Shown here: one piece after another, positions 31,149-41,284 of the stretch | Layout of the letters: each line of letters opens with the position of its first letter | Numbering within the stretch: the first letter of the stretch is position 1 | Origin: Alphaproteobacteria bacterium | Lineage (GTDB): Bacteria; Pseudomonadota; Alphaproteobacteria; UBA828 | Assembly: GCA_965214705.1 (NCBI GenBank) | Contig: OZ243972.1 | Coordinates: 192,001 to 256,000, forward strand | Length of the DNA stretch: 64,000 nt | Direction: 5' to 3' | Notes under the pieces: model-generated | Databases searched by the model: none | Told to the model about the DNA's origin: nothing | The model's input: only the letters and a program-made list of their open reading frames with translations | Position numbers and translations under genes: made by a program

Positions 31149-32954
31149 CTAGAACATGTTCGTGTCCATCTCGGCACAGGTGGTATCGACCCGCGCGAGC
31201 AACGCGATGGTGGGCCTCATCCCGGCCAGTTCGTAGCGGAAGAAGTAACGGCAGGCCGCGAGCTTGCCGCGATAGAACGCTGCGGCGTCCTCACCTGCGC
31301 CTTGCCGGAGGGCGTCGTCCGCGGCGCGCGCCTGGCGCAGCCAGAGCCACGCGACGACGATATGGCCCAAGGCGTTGAGATAGAGGCTCGCGTTCGCGAG
31401 CGAGTCGCCGATCCGGCCCCCCGCGCGAGCGGCGCCGATGGCGGTCGTGGCGTTCTCGATCTCGCTCGTGGCCGCCGCCAGCGCGTCGCAATGCTCGGCA
31501 AGGGCGGGCAGGTCTCGCGCCGCGTCGATATCGGCGTGAATCTCCTCCATCAACGCCGTGAGGGCGGCGCCGTCCTGCAAGCGCGCCTTGCGCCCGAGCA
31601 GGTCGATCGCCTGAATGCCGTTCGTCCCCTCGTGAATCGCGTTGAGGCGGTTGTCGCGGTAGAGCCGCTCGACCGGAAAGTCCCGCGTGTAGCCGTAGCC
31701 GCCATGCACCTGGATCGCGAGGCTGTTGGCCTCCTGGCAGAACTCCGCGGGCCAGGCCTTGGCGATGGGCGTGAGAATGTCGAGCAGCAGGGCGGCCCGC
31801 CGCCGTTCGTCCTCGTCCGCCGCCGTCGTCATGTCGTCCAGATAGCGTGCGCAGGTCAGGCAGAGCGCGAGCGCGCCCTCGACGATGGCCTTCTGCTTGA
31901 GCAGCATGCGCTTCACGTCGGCGTGGCGCACGATGGGAACGGGCGGCTGCGTCGGATCCCGGTTATCGACCGGCCGGCCCTGGCGCCGCTCCCTGGCGTA
32001 ACGGACCGCCTGCGTGTAGCCCGCATAGCCGATCATGGCGCCGCTGATGCCGACCCCGATCCGCGCTTCGTTCATCATGTGGAACATGCAGGCGAGGCCC
32101 TCGTGGGGGGCGCCGACCAGGTGCGCCTCGCACGCGCCGTTCTCGCCGAAGCTCAGCAGGCAGTTGGAGATCGCGCGGTAGCCCATCTTGTGATTGAGGC
32201 CGGCCACGGCGACATCGTTGGGGGCGCCGAGCGTGCCGTCGGCCCTCACGCGGAACTTGGGCACGATGAAGAGCGAGATTCCCTTCACGCCGGGCGGGGC
32301 GTCGGGGAGCTTCGCGAGAGCCAGGTGGACGATGTTCTCCGAGATGTCCTGATCGCCGCCGGAAATCCACATCTTGCTGCCGGAGAGCCGGTAGCTGCCA
32401 TCGCCGGCGGGCACCGCCCGGCACCTTATGTCGCCCAGCGAGGAGCCCACGTCGGGCTCGGAGAGGCACATCGTGCCCATGAAGCGCCCCGCGTAGAGCG
32501 GCTCCATGTAGAGCCGCTTCTGCTCGTCGGTGCCGTGAACGTCGAGCAGATTGGCCGCCGCCTTGGTCAGCATCAGGTAGCCGGCCGTCGCCGTATCGGC
32601 CGCCTTCAGGACGCCGAGACACGCCTGCAGGAGAACCGCCGGAAGCTGCATGCCGCCCCGGTCGTAGTCGAGCGCGGCAGCAATGAAGCCCGCATCGGTG
32701 ATCGCGGCCACGCTCTCATGAATGGCGGCGGGCACGCGCACCCGGCCGTTCTCCAGCCGGGGCTCGTCCCGGTCCCCGATCGGTGCGTTCGGCCAGAGCA
32801 CCTCGTCCGCGATCTGGATCGCCAGATCGAGTGCGGCCTCCAGAGACTCGCGATCGTGGTCGCGGTAGCGCGTGCGCGCACACAGCGCGTCCGCGCCCAG
32901 GACCTCGAAGAGTTGAAACCGCAGGTCGCGCGGATTGACGACCGCGCTCTCCAT
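31149..32954 (-). CDS. Acyl-CoA dehydrogenase (long ~600 aa, DmdC-like family)
   Basis: GTMCLSEP..GS.L, G.KMWISGG, KGISLF.VPK, MFHMMNEARI, AIQVHGGYGY, IHEGTNGIQ. Confidence 0.93.
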   Translation of the reverse strand: MESAVVNPRDLRFQLFEVLGADALCARTRYRDHDRESLEAALDLAIQIADEVLWPNAPIGDRDEPRLENGRVRVPAAIHESVAAITDAGFIAAALDYDRGGMQLPAVLLQACLGVLKAADTATAGYLMLTKAAANLLDVHGTDEQKRLYMEPLYAGRFMGTMCLSEPDVGSSLGDIRCRAVPAGDGSYRLSGSKMWISGGDQDISENIVHLALAKLPDAPPGVKGISLFIVPKFRVRADGTLGAPNDVAVAGLNHKMGYRAISNCLLSFGENGACEAHLVGAPHEGLACMFHMMNEARIGVGISGAMIGYAGYTQAVRYARERRQGRPVDNRDPTQPPVPIVRHADVKRMLLKQKAIVEGALALCLTCARYLDDMTTAADEDERRRAALLLDILTPIAKAWPAEFCQEANSLAIQVHGGYGYTRDFPVERLYRDNRLNAIHEGTNGIQAIDLLGRKARLQDGAALTALMEEIHADIDAARDLPALAEHCDALAAATSEIENATTAIGAARAGGRIGDSLANASLYLNALGHIVVAWLWLRQARAADDALRQGAGEDAAAFYRGKLAACRYFFRYELAGMRPTIALLARVDTTCAEMDTNMF

Positions 32955-32974
32955 CCTATCGGCCGACGAGCGGA

Positions 32975-34384
32975 CTACTTAGGCGTCCAGGTGCCGTCCT
33001 TGACCAGCTCGTCGGTGACGCGATCCAGCGCGCGCTTGAACATCCCGAGCGCCTCGTCCACCTCGGCCTCGGTGATGACCAGGGGCGGGGAGAACGACAC
33101 CGCATCGCTGAGCGGCAGTGCACGGATGATGAGCCCTTCCTCGATGGTGTACTTGCTGAGCGTGGGCCCGACGAGCAGGGCGGGGTCGAAGGACTCCCTG
33201 GTCTCCTTGTCCTTGACCAGCTCGACAGCCGCCAACAGGGCCTCGCCGCGCACCTCGCCGACCAGCGGATGGTCGGCGGCAACCTCGCGCAGCCGCCGCT
33301 GGAAGTAGCTGCCGACCGCGGCGCATTTCGCCGGCAGATCCAGCCGCTCCATGATGTCGATGTTGGCCATGGCCGCAGCCGCCGCCACGGGATGCGCGGA
33401 GTAGGTGTAGCCGTGCGCGAAGTAAGCGACGCCGGGCGCCCCCTCCTTGATGACCTGCCAAATCTCGTCGGAGATGATGCTGCCCGACATGGGCACGTAG
33501 CCGCTCGTCAGCCCCTTGGCGATGGTGATGATGTCGGGCTCGATGTCGTAGGTCTCCGACCCGAACCAGTTGCCGGTGCGGCCGAAGCCGGTGATCACCT
33601 CGTCGGCGATCATCAGCATGTCGTACTTGCGCAGGACCTTCTGGATTTCGGGGAAGTAGCCCTCAGGCGGGATGATCACGCCGCCCGCGCCCATCACCGG
33701 CTCGGCGATGAACGCTGCCACGGTCTCGGGCCCTTCGGCGAGGATCATCTCCTCCAGCTTCTGCGCGCACCACTTGGAGAAGTCGCGCTCGCTCATCCCC
33801 GGCTCGGCGTTGCGCCAGTGGTGCGGGGTCTCGGTATGGAGGACCGTCGGCAGCGGCAGATCGAACGCCGTGTGAATGCTCGGCAGCCCGGTCAGGCTCG
33901 CCGAGGCAACCGTGACGCCGTGATAGGCCCGCTTGCGGGAGATGATCTTCTTCTTCTCGGGCTTGCCGCGCAGGTTATTGTAGTAGTGAACCAATTTGAC
34001 ATTGGTGTCGTTCGCGTCCGAACCCGAATTGCCGAAGAACACCTTGCTCATGTTGCCGGGCACGAGGCGCAGGATGCGGTCCGCCAGGCGGATGGGCGCT
34101 TCCGTCCCCATCGAGAAGAAGCTGTGGTAGTAGGCGAGGTTCTCGGCCTGCTCGGTGATTGCGTCGACCACCTCCCGGTGGCCCCAACCGATGTTGACGC
34201 ACCAGAGGCCGGCCATGCCGTCGATGTACGACTTGCCCGCGGCGTTGGTGAGACGCACGCCGCTGCCCGACTTGATGATATTGGGCCCGTTCTCGAGATG
34301 CGGCTTGAGAGCCGTGTAGGGGTGCAGAAAGCTCTGCTTGTCCATCTCCTCGAGAGAGAGGTTGTGGGCCTGTTCGATGTCCAT
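32975..34384 (-). CDS. Class III (omega) aminotransferase
   Basis: DGMAGLWCVN.G, SGSDAND, YHG, FIAEPVMGAGG, DEVITGFGRTG, AKGLTSGY.P, HGYTYSAHP. Confidence 0.94.
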   Translation of the reverse strand: MDIEQAHNLSLEEMDKQSFLHPYTALKPHLENGPNIIKSGSGVRLTNAAGKSYIDGMAGLWCVNIGWGHREVVDAITEQAENLAYYHSFFSMGTEAPIRLADRILRLVPGNMSKVFFGNSGSDANDTNVKLVHYYNNLRGKPEKKKIISRKRAYHGVTVASASLTGLPSIHTAFDLPLPTVLHTETPHHWRNAEPGMSERDFSKWCAQKLEEMILAEGPETVAAFIAEPVMGAGGVIIPPEGYFPEIQKVLRKYDMLMIADEVITGFGRTGNWFGSETYDIEPDIITIAKGLTSGYVPMSGSIISDEIWQVIKEGAPGVAYFAHGYTYSAHPVAAAAAMANIDIMERLDLPAKCAAVGSYFQRRLREVAADHPLVGEVRGEALLAAVELVKDKETRESFDPALLVGPTLSKYTIEEGLIIRALPLSDAVSFSPPLVITEAEVDEALGMFKRALDRVTDELVKDGTWTPK

Positions 34385-34401
34385 GTCCGGTTCTCCCGCC
34401 G

Positions 34402-36153
34402 CTATCGCCCGTCGCTCGGTTGGCCGCCGCTGCAGCCCGTTCCTTCACCCCATACCGCGAACAGCTCGTCCTGAAGCTGCCGCTTGATGACCTTTCCGTT
34501 CGCGTTGACCGGCAGCGGCTCGGTCCGCACCTCGATCGTCGCCGGCACCTTGAACGCGGCAATGCGTGAGCGGCAATGCTCGATCAACGCCGCCTCGCCC
34601 ACCGCCTGCTCGGCCGAGACCTGCACCACTGCCGCGACCTCCTGCCCGAGCACGGGGTGCGGTTTACCGATCACGGCCGCATCCTTGACCGCCGGGTGAC
34701 TACAAAGCGCGTTCTCCACCTCGACGCAATAGACGTTCTCGCCGCCCCTGATCAGCATGTCCTTGGCGCGGTCGAGCAGGAAGAGCAAACCGTCCTCATC
34801 CAGCAGCCCGATATCGCCGGTGTGCAGCCAGCCGTCGCGGAAGGTCTCGGCGCTCGCCTCGGGCTGCTTCCAGTAACCCCTGACGATGTTGGACCCCCGC
34901 ACGCAGACCTCGCCGCGCACGCCTGCGGGCACCGTCACGCCGCTCTCGTCGACGATCTTGATGTCGCAGGTGGGCACGGGAATGCCGGCGCTGTCGGGGT
35001 GGCGGCGATAGCTCTCGCCCGCGTTGTAGCTCACGAGGGAGGAGGCTTCGGTGAGGCCGTAGCCGTTCTCGGCCTCCGCCTGCGGCAACAGCTCCGCAAT
35101 GCGGTCCAGCAGCCTGACCGATGGCGGCGTTCCGCCATAGTTGAGGCCGATCAGCGACGAGGTGTCGTGGTCGGCGAAGCCCGGCGATTCGAGCATCTGC
35201 AGGGCCATGCCCGGCACGCCGGTGAAATGCGTGACGCTCTCGTGCTCGATCAGCGCGAGCGCCCGCTCCGGGTCCCACCGATGCATCAGGACGAGCGTGG
35301 TGCCGCCGAAGACGGCCGGCGCCAGGATCGAGTGACAGCCGGTGACGTGGAAGAACGGCGCTGGAACCAGCACAGTGGGGTGCGGCACCGGCCCGCCGAG
35401 CCACACCGGCGTCACGCCGCGACCGAGCTGCCGCACGGCGCCGCGGTAGGCCACCGTCATGATGTTGGTGCAGATGTTGCGGTGCGTACCGACCGCGCCC
35501 TTGGGCGTCCCCGTGGTGCCGGAGGTATAGAAGATCGTGGCGTCGTCGTCGGGCTCGATCGCCACGTTGGGCAACGAAGGATCGTCGTCTGCGGCGGCGA
35601 GCACGTCGTTCCAGAGTGCAACGCCGTCACTGACTTCAGCCTCCTCGCCGCGCACGACGATCAGGCCCCGCAGGCCGAGGTCCTCCTCGCAAGCAGCGAG
35701 CAGCGCCGCGCGCTTGCCGTCCGCCACCACCACCAGCGAACCGGAATCGGTCACGCAGTAGGCGAGCTCGCGTGCGGTGAACCAGGCGTTGAGGGGCACC
35801 ACGATGGCGCCGATGCCGGTGATGGCCCAGAACGCGACGGACCATTCCGTCAGGTTGCGCATCGCGATCGCGACCCGGTCGCCCTTGCGGATGCCGTAGC
35901 GCGTGCGCAGCGCCTGCGCCAACCGGCACGCCTGGCGATGGTGGTCGGCGTAGCTCAGGCGCTCCCCGTCGAGCACGAGACACGCTCTCTCGCCAAACTC
36001 AGCCGATGCGGCGAGGACAGTGCCAAGCGTAGGCGGCGCGTTCTTCCACGCGCGGACCGTGACGCCCCGGACCTCGATCTCTTCAAGCTCGAAGGGGAGC
36101 CCGGCGCCCACGAGGCGCTCGTGGGCCTCCACCCGGCTCAAACGACGGCCCAT
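34402..36153 (-). CDS. Acyl-CoA synthetase / AMP-binding enzyme
   Basis: YTSGTTGTPKG, GYGLTE, GWLHTGD, DRAKDMLIRGGENVY, NANGK. Confidence 0.93.
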   Translation of the reverse strand: MGRRLSRVEAHERLVGAGLPFELEEIEVRGVTVRAWKNAPPTLGTVLAASAEFGERACLVLDGERLSYADHHRQACRLAQALRTRYGIRKGDRVAIAMRNLTEWSVAFWAITGIGAIVVPLNAWFTARELAYCVTDSGSLVVVADGKRAALLAACEEDLGLRGLIVVRGEEAEVSDGVALWNDVLAAADDDPSLPNVAIEPDDDATIFYTSGTTGTPKGAVGTHRNICTNIMTVAYRGAVRQLGRGVTPVWLGGPVPHPTVLVPAPFFHVTGCHSILAPAVFGGTTLVLMHRWDPERALALIEHESVTHFTGVPGMALQMLESPGFADHDTSSLIGLNYGGTPPSVRLLDRIAELLPQAEAENGYGLTEASSLVSYNAGESYRRHPDSAGIPVPTCDIKIVDESGVTVPAGVRGEVCVRGSNIVRGYWKQPEASAETFRDGWLHTGDIGLLDEDGLLFLLDRAKDMLIRGGENVYCVEVENALCSHPAVKDAAVIGKPHPVLGQEVAAVVQVSAEQAVGEAALIEHCRSRIAAFKVPATIEVRTEPLPVNANGKVIKRQLQDELFAVWGEGTGCSGGQPSDGR

Positions 36154-36156
36154 GGA

Positions 36157-36927
36157 CTAGGCGGACCCTCCGTGCGCCGCGCGCAGCTTGCGCATCCCCC
36201 GGAGCCAGCGCTCGCGATCCGTGGCCTTGCGCTGCACGTAGCCCTGCACCTCGGAATGGGGAAGGATCAGAAACTCCTCCCGCTCCATCGCCTCAATCAC
36301 GCTGTCGGCCACCTGTTCCGGCTCCAGCACGCCGTCGAGGCTGGCGACGCCTTCGTCCCGGCCCGTGAGCATCGCGGTGCGGACCGCCTGCGGGCAGAGC
36401 ACCGAGACCCGCACTCCCTGGTCGCCGTAGGCGATGGAGAGCCATTCGGCGAAGGCCACGGCGGCATGCTTGGTCACCGAATAGGTCGCGGATTCCACGT
36501 GGCTGAGGAGCCCTGCGGCCGAGGCCGTATTGACAAGGTAGCCGCTGCCGCGCGCGGCCATCTTGGGCGCCACCGCCCGCGCCGCGTAGACGTGCGCCAT
36601 CACGTGGATGTCCCAGTTCTGCCGCCACTCCTCATCCGGCGCATCGACGCCGCCCATGCGCGCGATCCCGGCGTTGGAGACGAACACGTCGATGGGGCCG
36701 AAGGCATCCTCCGCAGCGGCAACGAGGCGCTTGATGTCGGTCTCGTCCGCCACATCGCAGGGCACCGCCAGAGCGTCGATCTCGCCGGAGGCCTTCAACA
36801 GGGCGTCCTCCTGCAGGTCCGCCAGCGCGATGCCTCGCGCGCCCTCCGCCCTGAAGCGACGCGCGAGCGCGAGCCCGATCCCGCTCGCGCCGCCAGTGAC
36901 GACGACGGACTTGTCCGCGATCTTCAA
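36157..36927 (-). CDS. Short-chain dehydrogenase/reductase
   Basis: TGGASGIG, SNAG, ASAAG, YSVTK. TTG start inferred at 36927. Confidence 0.9.
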   Translation of the reverse strand: MKIADKSVVVTGGASGIGLALARRFRAEGARGIALADLQEDALLKASGEIDALAVPCDVADETDIKRLVAAAEDAFGPIDVFVSNAGIARMGGVDAPDEEWRQNWDIHVMAHVYAARAVAPKMAARGSGYLVNTASAAGLLSHVESATYSVTKHAAVAFAEWLSIAYGDQGVRVSVLCPQAVRTAMLTGRDEGVASLDGVLEPEQVADSVIEAMEREEFLILPHSEVQGYVQRKATDRERWLRGMRKLRAAHGGSA

Positions 36928-36946
36928 CGGAAGCTCGCCTCGGGCA

Positions 36947-37345
36947 CTAATACGTGAGGAAGCGGGTCGGCGTGAGCTCCAGCAGGACCCAGTCGTCCCT
37001 CGCCGACCACTCGGCGATGGCTTCCTCCCGCCGCGGGCTCTCGTAGTAGCGCTTGGTGAGCTCGAGTCCGAACTCCTTGCCGCCCTCGTCGAATATCTCG
37101 ATCGTTCCTTCCACCGTGACCCACGCCTCGGGCGCGCCGACCGGGTCGGCCACAGTGAGGCAGGCACGTGGATCGCGCCGCAGCCGCTTCACCTTGCCGG
37201 TGTCCAGCATCGAGAACATGCGGGCCTTCTCGCCGTCCCACTCGTACCAGAGCGGGAGCGCGTTGGGAGAGCCGTCCTCGTTCAGCGTGCAGAGGGTGGC
37301 AATGCGGGTCTCGCGCAGAAACGCGTCCCGTTCCGCGTCGGTCAT
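36947..37345 (-). CDS. Pyridoxamine 5'-phosphate oxidase-like split-barrel protein (PPOX class, possibly F420-dependent)
   Basis: MT..E..AFL, ATL.T...DGSP...P.W, K...LRRDPR..L.V, V.VEG. Confidence 0.82.
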   Translation of the reverse strand: MTDAERDAFLRETRIATLCTLNEDGSPNALPLWYEWDGEKARMFSMLDTGKVKRLRRDPRACLTVADPVGAPEAWVTVEGTIEIFDEGGKEFGLELTKRYYESPRREEAIAEWSARDDWVLLELTPTRFLTY

Positions 37346-37370
37346 GTTCCTGGAATCTCCGCTTTGTCGG

Positions 37371-39323
37371 CTACTGCGGGTCGATCAGATAGTCGTCGCC
37401 CTGACGCAAGTTGCGCTGCACCCAGTCGCCCGCGTCGGGGCGATCGGGCCTGACGACGTCGATCGGACCCCGCGTCGCGCGCATCCTTGCGCGCAGCGAA
37501 TCGGTTGCTGCCAGATCGACCGTCATGGTCGCGCGGTCGATTGCGACACCGTAAACGTCCTCGGCACTCTCGAGCGAGATCATGCCGTCGAGGACGCTCT
37601 CCAGCACGGCTTGGGGATCGCGATCCAATGGATCGCCTCGCCCCCCGCCGCCGGTGGAAAGGCCCACCCAGACTTCGTCCTCCCCGATGACCATGTTTCC
37701 CTTGGCGGAGCAGAAGGTGCGCTTGCCGGTGGAGAGGTTCTCCTTGTAGTTGCCGCCGCCGATGCCGGGCGTCCCGCCGACCGTGCCGTAGGGCGGGTTC
37801 ATGTTGCCGTCACCGAATATGTTGCAGTCCATCACCCCGCTCATCGGGCGAATTCGGATATCGACGCCGGGGCCGCCAATGTCCTCCCCGTGGCCCATCG
37901 AATCGACGGCGATCTCCTGCTTGTCGAAGTGCATCGGATAGAGCATCTCGCTCACCTCGACGCTGATGATCTTCTGTCCGCCAAGGGCCGCGGGCGAGAG
38001 CATGATGGGCCAGCCGTCGGTGCCGACCCCGGCGCCCCCGCCGGGCGAGGCATTGAACACCATGCTGCCCCACTCCTTGGACTCGCCGTTGCGCTGGTCG
38101 GTGCCCGAGAACATGGGCACGCAATGAATGGCGGGCATGCCGCCGGTGGCGCGCTCCGGCATGGCCCTGGCCAACGCCTTCCACACCGCGATCTGCATGG
38201 TGTCGCCGGGGCAGATCGTTGCCAGCGCAGTCGAGGACGGGTGGTTGGCGTTGCAGACCGTGCCTGCCGGTGCCTCCGCCGTGATGTGCCTGAGACAGCC
38301 GTCATTGTGCGGAATGGTGGGGTCGATCATGCACATGATCGGGATGCCGGCCGCCGCCTGCATCACGCCCTGAGTGCTGTTGTTGGAGCCGGGCGTCTGC
38401 GGCGCGGAGCCTGTGAAATCCACGTGCGCCCTGTCGCCCTTGATCGTGACCTTGGCGTGAATCGGGATGTTCGTGCCGCCCTGGCCGTCGGTGTCGAGCC
38501 AGGCATCGCCGTGATACTCGCCGTCGGGCATGTCGCGGATCTCCGCCGCCATGCGCTGGTCCGAATACTCGAAGATCGCGTCGATATAGCCCTCCAGCTC
38601 GTCCTTGCCGTAGCGCTCCAGCATTTCGAGTATGCGCCGCCGGCCAGTCCAGATGGATCCGAGCTGCGCCATCAGGTCTCCGTAGAGCCAGTCCTTCCAG
38701 CGCACGTTGGCGAGGTACATGCGGATGATGTCCTCGCAGGGCTTTCCCTTCTTGTAGAACTTGATCGGCGGGAGCTGCAGGCCCTCCTGCCACACGTCTT
38801 TCGCCGCGGCCGGGACGCTGGTCGGCATGAAGGCGCCGCAATCGAGCTGATGGCCCTTGGTCACGCTCCAGAACAGGTGCTCGCCCTTGTAGAAGACGGG
38901 GCACGCGGTCACGAAGTCGCCCACGTGGGTGTTGCCGCTGTAGGGGTCGTTGCAGACGATCACATCGCCGTCGTGGATGTCGCCGTCGAAGACGCGCGCG
39001 ATCTCTTTCAGCACAACGTGCATGGAGTTCGTGTGGATCGGCAGCGCGTCCATCATGCAGACTTGCCGGTCCTTGCGGTCGTAGATCGCGCACGAGAAGT
39101 CGTGCGAGAGCGCGATGATCGAGGTCCACGCCGTCCGCTCCATGACGAGCGTCATCTCGTTGGCGATCGTATTGAAGCGGTTGAGGATGACCGAGAAGGT
39201 GATCGGATCGATATCGGCGCGCCCGTTCGTCTTTCGGCTCCGGGCCTTGGGGCGCGCGGTGCGCGCCGTGCGACCGAGGGCCGCCGGGCGGCTCTTGCCA
39301 TTGGTCTTCTTCGATCGTGCCAT
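37371..39323 (-). CDS. Hydantoinase B/oxoprolinase family subunit (paralog B3)
   Basis: HDFSCAIYD, NDPYSGNTHVGD, KGHQLDCG, GGGGRGDPLDRDP. GGGAGG RBS before ATG 39323. Confidence 0.92.
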   Translation of the reverse strand: MARSKKTNGKSRPAALGRTARTARPKARSRKTNGRADIDPITFSVILNRFNTIANEMTLVMERTAWTSIIALSHDFSCAIYDRKDRQVCMMDALPIHTNSMHVVLKEIARVFDGDIHDGDVIVCNDPYSGNTHVGDFVTACPVFYKGEHLFWSVTKGHQLDCGAFMPTSVPAAAKDVWQEGLQLPPIKFYKKGKPCEDIIRMYLANVRWKDWLYGDLMAQLGSIWTGRRRILEMLERYGKDELEGYIDAIFEYSDQRMAAEIRDMPDGEYHGDAWLDTDGQGGTNIPIHAKVTIKGDRAHVDFTGSAPQTPGSNNSTQGVMQAAAGIPIMCMIDPTIPHNDGCLRHITAEAPAGTVCNANHPSSTALATICPGDTMQIAVWKALARAMPERATGGMPAIHCVPMFSGTDQRNGESKEWGSMVFNASPGGGAGVGTDGWPIMLSPAALGGQKIISVEVSEMLYPMHFDKQEIAVDSMGHGEDIGGPGVDIRIRPMSGVMDCNIFGDGNMNPPYGTVGGTPGIGGGNYKENLSTGKRTFCSAKGNMVIGEDEVWVGLSTGGGGRGDPLDRDPQAVLESVLDGMISLESAEDVYGVAIDRATMTVDLAATDSLRARMRATRGPIDVVRPDRPDAGDWVQRNLRQGDDYLIDPQ

Positions 39324-39352
39324 TCGCTTTCCTCCCGCCTCGTGCGGCATCG

Positions 39353-39691
39353 CTAGGTCTTGGCCGGCGTGAACACCGCGATCACGTCATTGGGTCCCTC
39401 GATCACCTTGTAGCCGTAGGAGGCTCCGCGCGGGACGTAGAAGGCGGTTCCCTTGCCCACCGTCTGCGTTTCGCCGTCGATGGTCAACTCCGCGGTGCCG
39501 CTCAGGACATAGACGATCTCGTCATAGTCGGCATAGACGCAGTCCGGGTCTTCCATACCTTCCTTCAGGGTCGAGACGTTGAGCGACATTTCTTCCGACC
39601 CGTGCGCGCGGCGGACGAGGCGACGGCTGATGACGGTCTCGTCCTCGTAAACCTCCGCGTCGCCCAAACTCATGACCTTGATGCCGCTCAT
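39353..39691 (-). CDS. Cupin domain protein
   Basis: DEIVYVLSG..ELTIDGE...V..G.AFYVP.G, AVFTP. GGGAG RBS. Confidence 0.8.
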   Translation of the reverse strand: MSGIKVMSLGDAEVYEDETVISRRLVRRAHGSEEMSLNVSTLKEGMEDPDCVYADYDEIVYVLSGTAELTIDGETQTVGKGTAFYVPRGASYGYKVIEGPNDVIAVFTPAKT

Positions 39692-39746
39692 CGGCTCCCT
39701 CCCAACCTCGACAATTGTTCGCAAATCCGGTGGCCGCGCGCTCCGC

Positions 39747-40508
39747 TCAGGCCGGCCTGTTGCCGCGCCCACCGTCAACATCGTAGATCGCCGCGGTGAC
39801 GTATGAGGCCTCGTCCGAGCAGAGCCACAGTACCATGGTGGCGATTTCCTCGGGCTGGCCGATGCGCTTGAGCATGGAGCCGGTCTTGCCGAGCGCGATC
39901 GCAGCCTCGGGTCCGATGGAACGCTCCCAGATGTCGGTGAGGATGAGGCCGGGGCGCACGCAGTTCACCCGGATGCCGTGCTCGGCATATTCGTGGGCCA
40001 AGCCCTTGGTAAAGGAATCCACGGCACCCTTGGACGACGCGTAGGGAACATCGCTGGGCAGACCGCCATAGCGGGCCGAGATGGAGCCCACGTTCACGAT
40101 GGAGCCGCCCTTGCCGCCGTTCTTGGTCGACATGCGCGTGACGGCCTCGCGCGCGATGACGAAGAGGCCGAAGACGTTGATGGCGAAGACGCGCTCCAGT
40201 CCCTCCAACGTCATGTCGGGGATCAACGTCTCGTAGTCGATCGCGGCGTTGTTGACGATGGCGGAGACCGGCCCGAGCTCGTTGTCGACCGATTCCAGCA
40301 TCCGCAGGATGTCGTCTTCCTTGCCCATGTCGGCCTGGACGGCGATGGCGCGTTGGCCGGCCTTCTCGATATCGGCCGCGACCTCCTCCGCCCGATCCTT
40401 GGCCTGGGCGTAGTTGACGGCGACATCGTAGCCCTTGGTGCCGGCGAGCCGCGCAATGGCGGCGCCGATCCCGCGGCTGCCGCCCGTAACGATCATGACC
40501 TTGGACAT
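39747..40508 (-). CDS. Short-chain dehydrogenase/reductase
   Basis: TGGSRGIG, NNA, GS, YASSK, RVNCVRPG, VDGG. Confidence 0.92.
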   Translation of the reverse strand: MSKVMIVTGGSRGIGAAIARLAGTKGYDVAVNYAQAKDRAEEVAADIEKAGQRAIAVQADMGKEDDILRMLESVDNELGPVSAIVNNAAIDYETLIPDMTLEGLERVFAINVFGLFVIAREAVTRMSTKNGGKGGSIVNVGSISARYGGLPSDVPYASSKGAVDSFTKGLAHEYAEHGIRVNCVRPGLILTDIWERSIGPEAAIALGKTGSMLKRIGQPEEIATMVLWLCSDEASYVTAAIYDVDGGRGNRPA

Positions 40509-40522
40509 ACCCCTCCCCCGAA

Positions 40523-41158
40523 CTATTCGGCTTTCGCCGCGAGATGCTTCACGCACAGACTGACGCGCGCCGCGACATCGGGCGCGGTCCCCTCGGGCAC
40601 CAGCGCCTTCTCATGGACCACATCGAGCAATTGCCTGTCAATCCAGCTCGCCTCGGTCGCGAAGCCGCGCCCCTCATAGATGCTCGCTGGCTGGCCGCCC
40701 ATGAAGCCCATCACCGCCCGGTGCGAGGGCGTCGCCTTCGCCGTTACCGCCGCGAAGCCCGCGCCGACGGCCCAATCGAGCAGATAATCCAAAAGTGCCA
40801 CGCCGAGGCCCCGGCCCTGGTAGCGCGCATCCCGGTGCTCCGAATCGTCGAGCTGGCCCACGTGATAACAGAAGATCGAGAGGCTGTTGTCCGGCAGTGC
40901 GGGCGCGGCGTCGCCGAACTCACCCCAGTAGAGCGGGTCCCACAGGCCGTTCGGCGAGTGGCACGCACGGTCGTAGCGACGGAACTGGAGCTGCGCCACA
41001 TGCTGGGCGCCGTCGAAGGCGAGGACGGCGGCGGAGCCTACGTCGGCGATCCGCGCCCCGAGCGCCGCTTCGTCGCCCTGGCAGCCGATCGGCACCCGCC
41101 CAATATCGTCTGCCGTCATGAGGCGGAAGCTGAATTCGCTCTCTGTGCCCCGGCTCAT
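40523..41158 (-). CDS. GNAT-fold acetyltransferase-like protein
   Basis: I.C.HV, YQGRGLGVALL (motif A), IYE..GF. Confidence 0.6.
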   Translation of the reverse strand: MSRGTESEFSFRLMTADDIGRVPIGCQGDEAALGARIADVGSAAVLAFDGAQHVAQLQFRRYDRACHSPNGLWDPLYWGEFGDAAPALPDNSLSIFCYHVGQLDDSEHRDARYQGRGLGVALLDYLLDWAVGAGFAAVTAKATPSHRAVMGFMGGQPASIYEGRGFATEASWIDRQLLDVVHEKALVPEGTAPDVAARVSLCVKHLAAKAE

Positions 41159-41220
41159 CCCCTCCCCCATCGTCCAATTTGTCCATCTCATGAACGCGCC
41201 GCCGGTTCAACCGCCGTCGA

Positions 41221-41249
41221 TTGACGGGGCTCGGCAATGTCTCTAAAAG
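41221..41249 (+). promoter_or_regulatory. Putative sigma70 promoter of the ABC operon
   Basis: TTGACG-N17-TAAAAG upstream of a GGGAG RBS. Confidence 0.4.
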
Positions 41250-41284
41250 CGATGGCGGTTCTGACACGTAGGGAGATGGGAACT

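Noticed and set aside
28413-39356. Very long antisense ORFs (e.g. 28413-30659, 31119-33308, 34576-36957, 37053-39356; likewise 17471-19855, 51694-53673, 55770-57860, 59733-61997)
   Set aside because: They mirror well-supported genes on the opposite strand. Stop-free antisense frames are expected from high-GC codon bias, and the translations have no family motifs.
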